Positions 12,375 through 22,286 of a DNA stretch of 42,659 bases are shown here, piece by piece. Within the stretch, counting starts at the first letter, position 1. Each line of letters begins with the position of its first letter. The stretch covers positions 32,722,223-32,764,881 of the forward strand of contig NC_068999.1 of assembly GCF_001194135.2 (NCBI RefSeq). Direction: 5' to 3'. Below the pieces are notes generated by a model. It worked only from the letters and a program-made list of their open reading frames with translations, had not been told where the DNA came from and did no database searches. The translations under genes and the position numbers were made by a program. This DNA is from Octopus bimaculoides. Taxonomy: Eukaryota.

Positions 12375-13175
12375 TGTTGATCCAACAGACCTGTGATCAA
12401 AGGCCATAGCCATTCTGCCTTTTGAGTAAAATGCAGGACCACATTATCTAATGTGCACTTTGCTTATTTATTTATTTTGTTTTGGTGGAGGGGCAATGGC
12501 CCAGTGGTTAGGGCAGCGGACTCGTGGTCATAGGATCGTGGTTTCGATTCCCAGGCCAGGCGTTGTGTTTATTGAGCGAAAACACCTAAAGCTCCACGAG
12601 GCTCTGGCAAGGGATGGTGATGAACCCTGCTGTACTCTTTCACCACAAACTTTCTCTCACTCTTACTTCCTGTTTCTGTTGTGCCTGTAATTCAAAAGGT
12701 CAGCCTTGTCACACTGTGTCACGCTGAATGTCCCCGAGAACTACGTTAAGGGTACACGTGTCTGTGGAGTGCTCAGCCACTTGCATGTTAATTTCACGAG
12801 CAGGCTGTTCCGATGATCGGATCAACTGGAACCCTTGACGTCGTAAGCGATGGAGTGCCAACAACATGTATTTTGTTTTTTACTTGCGCGATTTGGAGGA
12901 AGAAGTAGTAGCCATGACTCTTACAGAGCCTCCAAGACTGGGGAGACTGATGCTATTAATGTTTTCTTTAAACTGTTACAGCTCAAAACCTGAGTGGGGA
13001 AGAGGTTCTAGAGGACTGATGTTCTGGGATGAAGGATTGGATATGGTGGTTAGTGTGAGAGGAGACAGGAGGGCGGCGGATATACCAAGGGTGCTGAAAG
13101 ATGATAGAAACTCTTTTTTAGCTGCTATTTCTAGCAGGCTGAGCAGCCACGTACAGGATTCTTCAATGATGTCGT
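12375..13175 (-). mobile_element. Long variant of family C, interrupted by a SINE insertion
   Basis: Head hairpin at 13122-13137, an extra ~235-nt segment at 12880-13115, and a family C 3' part (CAGACCTGTGATCAAAGGC, AGGACCACATTATCTAATGTG) at 12375-12470. Confidence 0.6.
12484..12868 (+). mobile_element. Young tRNA-derived SINE (family D) with 11-bp TSD
   Basis: A box TGGCCCAGTGG and B box GGTTTCGATTCCC; CpG-rich body; (AAC) tail; direct repeat TATTTTGTTTT at 12473-12483 and 12869-12879. Confidence 0.92.
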
Positions 13176-13649
13176 TGGTGTTGGTGATGTCAGTATTGAT
13201 GTTCAAACATCAATATTTTTCCCGTCTCCTAACACCCCATCCTAACACTTTGCTATTCTATTGGAAATATGTATTTAAAACCTGAACATATCTTCATTAA
13301 TTATAAAGCACTTTCTCCTCTCACTTACTCTCATTCTCCTTCCTCTCCACCCCAGTAGATTTACACCTATCTCTACAGAGTTAATTACAAACTACCTATC
13401 TTTCTCTCCCTCTACCCTTGTAACACACCAAATTCAAGTCTACAATGCATTTATATTTGTTAGTAGCTAAGTTACAGACCAATCTTCTACCCCACTCCTC
13501 CTCCTATTTATATATTTGGTCAAAATAACTTCCTATACCATAATTATATATTAAAGCTATTACAGATTGATGATAGTTATTCTCGCAATTACTCAGTTTC
13601 CTAAAATATCACAAATGGTTTCATTTCTCTTTCCTTATTCTGTTTTTGA

Positions 13650-13865
13650 GTGAGTCTTTATACAAGAATACTTTAATTGCTAGAAAAAGCTGCTAAATCT
13701 TCATCTTACCATCTTAGTTGACACTAAATTGGTAAAACGGAGATTTAGATGCTCTTTGAGCAATGGATTCTTATTGAGTAATGTATTCCTGTATCTAAGG
13801 AAGAAAAAAAAAGGATAATGGGTAGGTACAGCTGGATCAGGGCTGACCCAGGGTTAAACAAAAAC
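13650..13865 (+). mobile_element. Degenerate family C copy
   Basis: TTGCTAGAAAAAGCTGCTAAATC head and GGATCAGGGCTGACCCAGGGTTAAACAAAAAC end. Confidence 0.6.
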
Positions 13866-13965
13866 AGAGAAGGATGTGGTGCGATGTAGTGCTGGATACA
13901 CTTTCAGTATAAAAGACAAGGCGGTCTTGACTGAAATACATTAGATCATAGATTTTGTTTCTCAG

Positions 13966-13998
13966 GTGCGCTCTGGAGTTAAATGCCAATAACGCTGA
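13966..13998 (+). other. Candidate 33-nt microexon (x-CALELNANNA-E)
   Basis: Acceptor TTTTGTTTCTCAG, donor GA|GTAATT, length divisible by 3, one open frame. No independent support. Confidence 0.2.
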
Positions 13999-14149
13999 GT
14001 AATTCATGCACTATGTCCCCCGGCTGGAATAGAATCTACAGACCAGTATAACTTTGGAATAAGGGATAAGAGCATTAGGATGTCATACACAAAATAGTGT
14101 CATGAATTCCAATTCAGGTCAAGTACCTAACTATATAAATATTGTCAAA

Positions 14150-14360
14150 GATGGTAGCATCACTGGTGGTGGTGGTACAAAGGAGGCACCAAGTACACAC
14201 TGTAAAGTGGTTGGCATTAGGAAGGGTATCCAGCTGTAGAAACCATGTAAAATTTGATACAGAGTACATTGCAGAGCTGTCACTCACTGGATCCTGTCAA
14301 ACTGTCCAACCCGTGCCAGTATGGGAAACAGATATTAGACAATGAAATGATGGTGATGAC
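14150..14360 (+). mobile_element. RTE-type 3' tail repeat
   Basis: GGTTGGCATTAGGAAGGGTATCCAGCTGTAGAAACC...GGATCCTGTCAAACTGTCCAACCCGTGCCAGTATGG...ATGATGGTGATG. Confidence 0.75.
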
Positions 14361-14679
14361 TATAATGTCAATGACTTGGAATTTGATGGGTTATCCAAAA
14401 ATGGTAATAAAATAAAGAGAAGAATGTGAACAATTACTGCACAGATTTTGATTTCTAATATTGACTGAACATCAGAGGACTCAATTGTGATTTATGTTAC
14501 TGCTACTAGAAGGGCTGAAAAGCCAAGAATGAAGCTGGCATGATTTACACCCAAAATATACGTATAAGGACGTGACTAAATACTCCATATTAATTGAGCA
14601 CTCTAATGATTGTCATTTGCTGACCCTAAATAATAATAATAATAAATAATAATAATAAGAAGAAGAAGAAGAAGAATCC

Positions 14680-14882
14680 TTTCTATTATAGGCACAAGGC
14701 CTGAAATTTGGGGAAAGGGGATAGTCAATTAGATCAATGCCAGTATGCAACTGGTACTTAATTTATCAACCCTGAAAGAATAAAAGGCAAAGTCAACCTT
14801 GGCGGAGTTTGAACTCAGAACATAGACATGGACAAAATGCTGCTAAGCATTTTGCCTGGTGTGCTAACAATTCTGCCAGCTT
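14680..14882 (-). mobile_element. SINE family B, full length
   Basis: Homologous to 2380-2588 and adjacent to an (AAT)n/(AAG)n tail. Confidence 0.88.
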
Positions 14883-15744
14883 GTGAGAGCCAGACATTTG
14901 AGAAAAATTGATAGCTCGCCCTGGAGTGCAACTGGTAGTTATATTATGAAACGTGAAAAAGAAAGTTTAATCCCATCAGGATTATAAACTTAGAATGAAA
15001 AAGAAAAACGGGACCACCACCATCATCATTACTACTAACACTACAACCCTCATCACCATCACTACTCATACCGACACCCTCATCATAACCTCTACTACCT
15101 CCATTGCTACCATAACCACCACTACCTCCACACTTACAATGACCACTACTTTAAGAACCACCACCACCATAGCCACTTCCATAACAACCACCATCTTTAC
15201 CAAATGGAGATGTTTAATCTGAACTGACTGTAACTAGTGAACAACAACAACATCAAACAAGAACAACAAAACACATCAGACAACAACAAAAACAAGCAGA
15301 AAAACAACAAAAACATCAGACCATAACAATAACAAGTTCAAAGACAAAAACAACAAAGACAGTAGCTGCAAAAACAACAAAGACAACAAAAGTAACATAA
15401 AACATGACCAAAAGTGGTGTCCGTTGTACACCCCCATTACCCCCCCCCACTCTCTCACACACATACATCTCCCCTCCCCCTCCACTAACACAAGATAAAA
15501 ACCTTCACCTCGTTATTGATTACTACAACTTAATTAAATGATTTCTGTCTGTTGCTTCAGCAAGGTTTTCATCTTTCATTTGACTTTTATATCTTCCTCC
15601 ACTTCTATTTTCTTTGCTTCCTTTTTAAACTATCAAGTTGTTGTTGATGATGATTATAACAATGATGATGATCATAATAATAGCAATAATAATAGTAAGA
15701 AAAATTATGACAGTTATACTAATAACAATAATGATAATTCTTAT

Positions 15745-17115
15745 AATGATGATTTATTTGCCACCAGGGCGAAGGCTGAGGGGGTGGGCAATACAAGGAC
15801 AGACAAACTGTGGGAATTTACATATAATGAAATTATCAACAAAAAAGTATAAACAGTATACAATAAAACATGAAGGAAAGTATACTTGGTATACAACAGT
15901 AAAAGGAAAGGAGGAGAAAATGGACGATAGCAATGTAGTCTTCCTGATACAGGAGGATCTCTAGGAATAATTGAGGAACCCTCAACATCCTAGATATCCC
16001 TGAACAAGGACAAGTGCTCTCTTGAATTCCTTTTTTCTGACTCACAGATCTATATTTAGAGCAGTACCATCCACTCTTGCCATTTTCACAACCTTCATCC
16101 ACCTTTCAATAAATTCACTCAAGCACCTCTCTATCCACCCTCACTTTCCTTTGAAGGTGAAGCTTGAAAAGTCAACAAGGGCTCTACCAAAGAGAAATAT
16201 CCCTCATGCCTTTCAGCCTTGTCCACCAGACAACCTCTTTCGTCACTGCAAAGGAAAACTGCCTTACCTGCCCAATTAAAAGAGGGTGGCAGAGCAATCA
16301 TCACTATGGACTTGGCTGATAAACAGATCTGTCCCACCTGTGACAGCAGCTGTTTGACATAATTCCACAAGTCAGCAATGCCTGAACACTGAGTGAGTGC
16401 ATACGGAATGGTTTTGTTACTCTGCATGCATCTCAGCCAAGCCTATCTTATTTCTTTATTGCCCACAAGGGGCTAAACATAGAGGGGACAAACAAAGACA
16501 AACAAAGGGATTAAGTCAATTACATTGACCCTGAAAGGATGAAAGGCAAAGTCGAACCCGGCTTAATTTGAACTTAGAACGTAACAGCAGACAAAATACT
16601 GCTAAGCATTTTGACTAGCGTGCAAACGTTTCTGCCAGCTGACCACCTTCACTCAGCCAAGCCTATCTGACAGCATATCCATCACTGCACATCCATGTCC
16701 ATCCATGACAGCACACCCGTGTCCCCAACTGGAAAGTCCTCTGGAATAGACTAGCCAATTCATTTTCATCAACACCCTAGGTCTCCCTAAGGACGTTGTC
16801 ACACTTCCCCACCACTTACCCTCCTGTCCCATTGTGTAACTGATAGAAGGCTGTGAGCATCTGATGACATTCTAGATGCTTGGCACCCAGACTTGGTTTC
16901 CGCTTCACCCAAAATTGCAGTTCTGTCAAGGAAATGAGCTGCAGAAAGATGTGCCTCACAAACAGAGCCCACACACATTCACCCTCCAGAAATCCTTGCA
17001 GGTAACACAACCTGAGCATGTTTGTGCTTCAAAAGCCATGGCATTCTTAATCCACCACACAGAGGGTGTTGACAGCAGACTGACTGCATGATCATTGGAA
17101 CATTTCCTTTCCACA
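15745..17115 (-). mobile_element. 5'-truncated L1/Tx1-clade LINE: ORF2 C-terminal remnant plus 3' UTR
   Basis: The minus strand reads FLWKGNVPMIMQSVCCQHPLCGGLRMPWLL / LRLCYLQGFLEGECVWALFVR / MQSNKTIPYALTQCSGIADLWNYV...AVFLC / AVTKEVVWWTRLKG / EFIERWMKVVKMARVDGTALNIDL* (stop at 16042-16044). This fits the post-RT region (FLW...GGLG) and CCHC-finger region of L1/Tx1 ORF2. There are multiple frameshifts. The 3' UTR ends in AATAAATC plus a simple repeat. Confidence 0.85.
16449..16651 (-). mobile_element. SINE family B variant nested in the LINE, with 17-bp TSD
   Basis: CTCAGCCAAGCCTATCT at 16432-16448 and 16652-16668. Confidence 0.92.
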
Positions 17116-18440
17116 AGAAAATAAATAGGAGATGCTCTAACCTGACCAAGCAGTAACCAGGGCAGAGTACAATGGTCAGGTGATAAATGATGATGGAGGC
17201 AATGTAATAATAATAATACTAATTGTTTCTAATTTAGACATGTTGACAGTTTTGTTTTAGGGGAAGGTTTCAGTTCAGTACCACAAACCCCCGTATTTGA
17301 TTGGTACTTTATTTTATCAACTCTGAAAGGATGAAAATGGAAAATATTGTGTGTGTGTACAGCAATAAGTAGAAAATCTGTGAAAACAAGTCTTTTTTTT
17401 TAATTGTCTATCCTTGGGATATGTGAGCAGGCTTTCTTCAGATATTATAATCCTTTTTTTGCATTACTTCAAAAAAAATTCATTTGAGAAATGATGAAAG
17501 GTCAGATTTGACTTTAGAATGCAAATATTTAATACCTAGAGGTGTACTAATTCCTCTAACTCACTTCACCCTTAAAGCAAGGTGTCATTAATATTAATTC
17601 TGGAACTTGACAGGTACTTTAGTGTAGTGGTGCTGGGTGCGTTTAAGGTAAAAATTAACCCTCATGGGCTTTGTACTCAGAATATAAAGGATGCGATAAA
17701 TACTGTGTACTCACTGTTCTATAATAATGATAATAATAAATGAGGGGGAGTGTTGTTAATTAGATCCATCCTGGTACTCAATTGATGTTTATTTTATCGA
17801 CCTAAAATGGGTGAAAGGGAGAGTTGCCATGTGTGGGATTTGGACAATATTAACAACTTCAGCAACAACAAAGCAAGCAGTAGCAGCGATGAAAAATGTC
17901 AATAATATTGAAATGAATTTTCAAAGACACCTTTATAATGCTCAAGATGTATTGATTGTTTGATTGGTGTCTGAACCAACAACAACAGCAGAACAATCAA
18001 TAATTCTTTATTTGATTACTGTTGCAATATTCCACAGAGATGACCATTCCATTGAGAGGCTTTTACCAATTTTGTTTTTTTATTCTTATCGGTTCTCCAT
18101 TTTCTTGTTTATTCAGCAAAGCACTTGTGATAATTCAAAATTGATTTTTATCACCAACCCCATCCAATGGTCTATGGTTCCACATTTTAACCCCAGCCAT
18201 CCATGTGTAGTTTTAAATAGAGAAGTAAATCTCATCTTGATTAGGCTTCCTGCATATCATTGGGAACACTTCAATGCCATTGCATGGCATGTAAGATGTG
18301 TTGTCTACCATAATTTAGATTGACCAGTACTTAGAGTAGAATTTTGTAAATGGAAACTGTTCTGGAGCCTATTGCATTGTGTATGAGTGTGGCTGTATTG
18401 TGTAGAGTAAAACATAATTCCAGTGCAGAATATAAATCTA

Positions 18441-18789
18441 TGGTAAGAAGTTTGTTGCCCAACCACATGGTTCTGGGTTCAGTCCCACTGCATGGCATCT
18501 TCAAGTGTTTTCTAGTATAGTCTCTATCCAACCAAAGCCTTGTGTGTGGATTTGGTAGATGGAAACTGAAAGAAGCCCATTGTGTGTGTGCATCTATGTT
18601 TGTCCCCCTACCACCATTTGACAACTGGTGTTTATGTCTCCATAAATTAGCAGTGTGACAAAAAAGATTGATAGAATAAGTACCAGGCTTAAAAGAAAAA
18701 AGGACCGGGATTGATTCATTTGATTAAGCTTCAAGTTGGGACCCCAGCATGGCCACAGCCTAATGACTCAACCAAGTAAAAGAAAAAAG
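18441..18789 (+). mobile_element. SINE family A
   Basis: Head, CORE-like segment, GGATTTGGTAGATGGAAACTGAAAGAAGCC and tail are all present. Confidence 0.88.
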
Positions 18790-18796
18790 TGTGTGC

Positions 18797-18873
<77 letters not shown>

Positions 18874-18880
18874 TATATTC

Positions 18881-19269
18881 ATTCTTTTACTTGTTTCAGT
18901 CATATGACTGCAGCGATGCTGGGACACCGCCTTTAGTCGAGCAAATCAACCCCAGGACTTACTCTATGTAAGCCTAGTACTTATTCTATTGGTGTCTTTT
19001 GCCATACCGCTAAGTTACAGGGACGTAAACACACCAGCATCGGTTGTCAAGCAATGTTGAGGAGACAAACGTATACACGCACGCATACATACATACATAC
19101 ATACATATATGATGGGCTTCTTTCAGTTTCCGTCTACCAAATCCACTCACAAGGCTTTGGTTGACCCGAGGCTATAGCAGAAGACACCCAAGTTGCCACG
19201 CAGTGGGACTGAACCTGGAATCATGTGGTTGGTAAGCAAGCTACTTACCACACAGCCTCTCCTGTGCCT
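18881..19269 (-). mobile_element. SINE family A
   Basis: Full-length reverse complement of the 5408-5790 type. Confidence 0.9.
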
Positions 19270-19280
19270 ATAATATATAT

Positions 19281-19650
19281 AGGTACAGGTGTGATTGTGT
19301 GGTAAGACGCTTGCTTCGCAACCACATGGTTCTAGGTTCAGTCCTACTGCATGGCACCTTGGGCAAGTGTCTTTTGTTACAGCCCCAGGCCGACCAAAGC
19401 CTTGTGAGTGAATTTGGTAGACAGAAACTGAAAGAAGCCTGTCATATATACATGTATGTATGTATATGTTTGTGTGTCTGTGTTTGTCCCTCCACCATTG
19501 CTTGACAACCGGTGTTGGTGTATTTACGTTCCCATAACTTAGTGGTTTGGCAAAAGAAACCGATAGAATAAGTACTAGGCTTACAAAGAATAAGTCCTGG
19601 GGTCGGTTTCTTTGACTAAAGGCAGTCAAATGACTGAAACCAGAATAAAA

Positions 19651-19653
<3 letters not shown>
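19281..19653 (+). mobile_element. SINE family A, head-to-head with the previous copy
   Basis: Starts AGGTACAGGTGTGATTGTGTGGTAAG, 11 nt after the head of the minus copy. Confidence 0.9.
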
Positions 19654-19697
<44 letters not shown>

Positions 19698-20250
19698 TAT
19701 AAGAGGCCATATAACAAGCATTTCAATTGATAAGAGTTGTTAACATGCGCAAAATAATGTACACTTTTCAAACAAAACCCTTTGTGGTGGATTAGTGCTA
19801 TTCACACCTGTAAGGAAGACAATGAGTAGCTTTATAATGGTTCAAATGCGGTTCAAGCATATTCAAATGGCTAATAACCTTGTAAAATCCTTTGTGAGAA
19901 CAACTTGTTCTGCACTGAGATTATTGATGCTCCATAATCACGACTCTCACCATTACAGTCATTGGAATACAGTGAACCAGTGTTTAACTGACTGTTACAA
20001 ACTTGTGATGAATGACACAGTTGTTGTTACCAAATTTACCCTAAGTTATGCTCCCTTTATCAGCTGGTAGTACTGTGGTCTGAACTAATGCTGATCTGTG
20101 TTACTGCAAAGTAATAATGGAATATGTGTAGTTGGAAGTGAAACTCATGATCTGTGATGTTGATAGTCTGCTATATAGCCTCTTGGTCCTTATTCAATAG
20201 AAAAATGACTGAACAGGAAACGGTGTTGTCCATATACATTTCTTTGTTTC

Positions 20251-20318
20251 TTAACCATTTGGCATTCAAACTGGCAAGCATTACATTTGACAGCATTATT
20301 TCAATGATAAACGGTTAA
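20251..20318. mobile_element. 68-bp internally deleted TTAA-flanked MITE (piggyBac-like ends)
   Basis: TTAACCATTTGGCATT...AATGATAAACGGTTAA. Internal pieces match both ends of the longer copy at 39833-40054. Confidence 0.6.
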
Positions 20319-20794
20319 AGTTGATCTCTCTGATACATGTGTATGTATGTATTTGTGTGTGTCTTAGCTCTGTATATGTGTGTTTTGGTTGTGTGTGAGT
20401 ATGGTGTCCCCTCCTTACATTCTCTTAACAGTACCATTCATCAGCCATCCCTTTGTTCAGGAATTAGTTTGCCAAGATTCTCCTCTTCTTTCAGTGTTAT
20501 GCTTCCCCTCTACACTTCCTGTCAATTTGGTCTTCAGCAGTGAGTGATTTGTGATGCATCACCATAGAATGATTGAAATCAGTATTGTGCAAGATAAGTT
20601 TATTAACTCTTTAGGTACCAGCCTTCATGAGACCGCATTTGATTCTATGATACAAATTTCCTGTTTTAAACTTAGAAACTTTCATCAAAATTTCATGTTA
20701 ATTCATGTTCCAAACACTAATTTAATAATAAGAAAGTTATTTTACTAACATTATTTACATTTGACAGATATTTGTCCTCATCTTGTTTGTTGTT

Positions 20795-20840
20795 AACACA
20801 ATGTTTCGGCTGATATACCCTCCAGCCTTCATCAGGTGTC
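20795..20840 (-). ncRNA. Type I hammerhead ribozyme motif (left arm; stem III palindrome mutated ACGT to ACAT)
   Basis: Minus strand: GACAC CTGATGA A GGCTG gagggtatat CAGCC GAAA CA T T GTGTT. Confidence 0.55.
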
Positions 20841-20892
20841 TTGGGGAAATTTTGAACCTGAGTTCTCATTCCTAAGGTATTTTTCGATGTTG

Positions 20893-20924
<32 letters not shown>

Positions 20925-20928
<4 letters not shown>

Positions 20929-20999
20929 TCACTGCCTGGAATCAAACTCGGAATCTTGGGGTTAGTAGCCCGTGCTCTTAACCGCTACACCATGTGCCC
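20925..20999 (-). promoter_or_regulatory. tRNA-derived head with Pol III A- and B-box-like motifs (not a functional tRNA)
   Basis: Minus strand GGGCACATGGTGTAGCGGTTAAGAGCACGGGCTACTAACCCCAAGATTCCGAGTTTGATTCCAGGCAGTGACC. A box TGGTGTAGCGG, B box GAGTTTGATTCC; the acceptor and T stems have mismatches. Confidence 0.75.
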
Positions 21000-21088
21000 G
21001 TGGGCAGAATAATAATAATAATAATCATAATAATAATAATATCGAAAAATACCTTAGGAATGAGAACCCAGGTTCGAAATTTCCCCAA

Positions 21089-21134
21089 GACACCTGATGA
21101 AGGCTGGAGGATATATCAGCCGAAACGTTGTGTT
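21089..21134 (+). ncRNA. Type I hammerhead ribozyme motif, PLE-type with minimal palindromic stem III
   Basis: Stem I GACAC/GTGTT (21089-93/21130-34), core CTGATGA (21094-21100), extra A, stem II GGCTG/CAGCC, GAAA (21122-25), ACGT palindrome, GUU triplet. Predicted cut after 21129. Confidence 0.72.
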
Positions 21135-21500
21135 AACAACAAACAAGATGAGGACAAATATCCATCAAATGTAAATAATGTACATAATTCCTCATCACTT
21201 AAATATAGAACTGTATTATTTTACTAAGTTGTTCATTATTTTCAAAATTAATTTAAATAAAGGCAGGGTATTTCAATAGAAACATAATATTGAATGGGTT
21301 AAATATATATATATAATTGATCATGGGGCTGCTGCCTCCCCTGTCAGCATCTATGTATACATTGTGCTCCATGTATAGCATTAAGAGTATTTTTTTACTC
21401 TTATTTCTAGCAATGTAGGTGCTATAGCATCTTTAGTCACACTTAGTGACAATTGAATTTTTCCTTTATGGTGTCATATTGCACCTGGCTGTTTGTATTA

Positions 21501-21548
<48 letters not shown>

Positions 21549-21711
21549 GTGTGTTTGTGTGTGGCAAACAATATCAAATCAAGAAAAAAGACTGGATGAC
21601 CAAAGCAGGAATACCTTTAAACTCTGGATCAGCTCCAGTCAAGCAAAACCAGGCTTCAAAAACCACCGTTGCCACCACCACTCAACTGATTATTTAATGT
21701 TTATTTAATGG

Positions 21712-21960
21712 TTAGAGCATCAATCTTGAGGTTGTGAGTTCGACTCCCAGATTGGGCAATGTTGTGTTCTTGAGCAAGACATTTTATTTCATTTTTGCTC
21801 CAGTTCATTCAGTTGTAGAAAAGGGTTGCAACACCACTGGTGCCAAGCTGTACTGGCCTTTGCTTTTCATTTGGACAGCATTGGTGGCATAGAGAGGGGA
21901 GACTGTCATGCATGGGTGACTACTGATCTTCCATAAATAACTTAGCATGAACTTGTGTCT
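21712..21960 (+). mobile_element. tRNA-derived SINE (another family)
   Basis: GTGAGTTCGACTCCC B box, then TTGTGTTCTTGAGCAAGACATTTTATTTC and TTGCTCCAGTTCATTCAGTTG body. Confidence 0.7.
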
Positions 21961-21973
21961 CAGATGTTATTTC

Positions 21974-22070
21974 TTCTATTATTAATTAACAACACTGTTG
22001 ACAGTAGTAATTTCAGGATTTTAACACACACACATACACACACAAAATCATTTTATCATTTTCCTTTCTG
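21974..22070 (+). repeat. Left arm of a ~100-bp inverted repeat (partner at 23478-23576)
   Basis: TTCTATTATTAATTAACAAC..CTGTTGACAGTAGTAATTTCAGGATTTTAACACAC..AAAATCATTTTATCATTTT matches the reverse complement of 23478-23576. Confidence 0.85.
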
Positions 22071-22286
22071 AGATGTTAATAGTCTGGTATATAACCTCTT
22101 GTTCCTTATTCAATCCCATGGTGCAATCCCATGGTCATTCATCAACGGAGGCGTTTTTTTTACTCTTTATAGTGAAGGTAACATCTGTACTGTTATGTAA
22201 CATTTTGTTGGAAGTGAGGCCCAACATTTTTAGATCTTCCCTTGTCCCTTCCTTTTGGGTCCTCTTCTCAGGTATTAGAAAAAATA

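Larger units (their letters stand above)
20748..21215. mobile_element. Fold-back retroelement: inverted PLE-like terminal repeats around a tRNA-derived head
   Basis: Arms at 20748-20888 and 21041-21181 are inverted and 135/141 identical. The right arm has a 34-nt unique extension. Direct repeat TTATTTTACTAA at 20737-20748 and 21216-21227. Confidence 0.88.

Noticed and set aside
12866-13285. 139-aa plus-strand ORF
   Set aside because: It is the antisense reading of the family C insert and starts inside a SINE tail/TSD.
14995-15222. Thr-rich mucin-like ORF
   Set aside because: Degenerate (ACC/ACT)n repeat with no signal peptide or splice support.
20040-20103. Minus-strand exon-like segment with a good acceptor and GTAAAT donor
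   Set aside because: Stops in all three frames. A non-coding exon cannot be excluded but is unsupported.
20925-20999. Functional tRNA gene (Ser-like, ACT loop)
   Set aside because: The acceptor and T stems are mispaired, and it is embedded in a TSD-flanked repeat.
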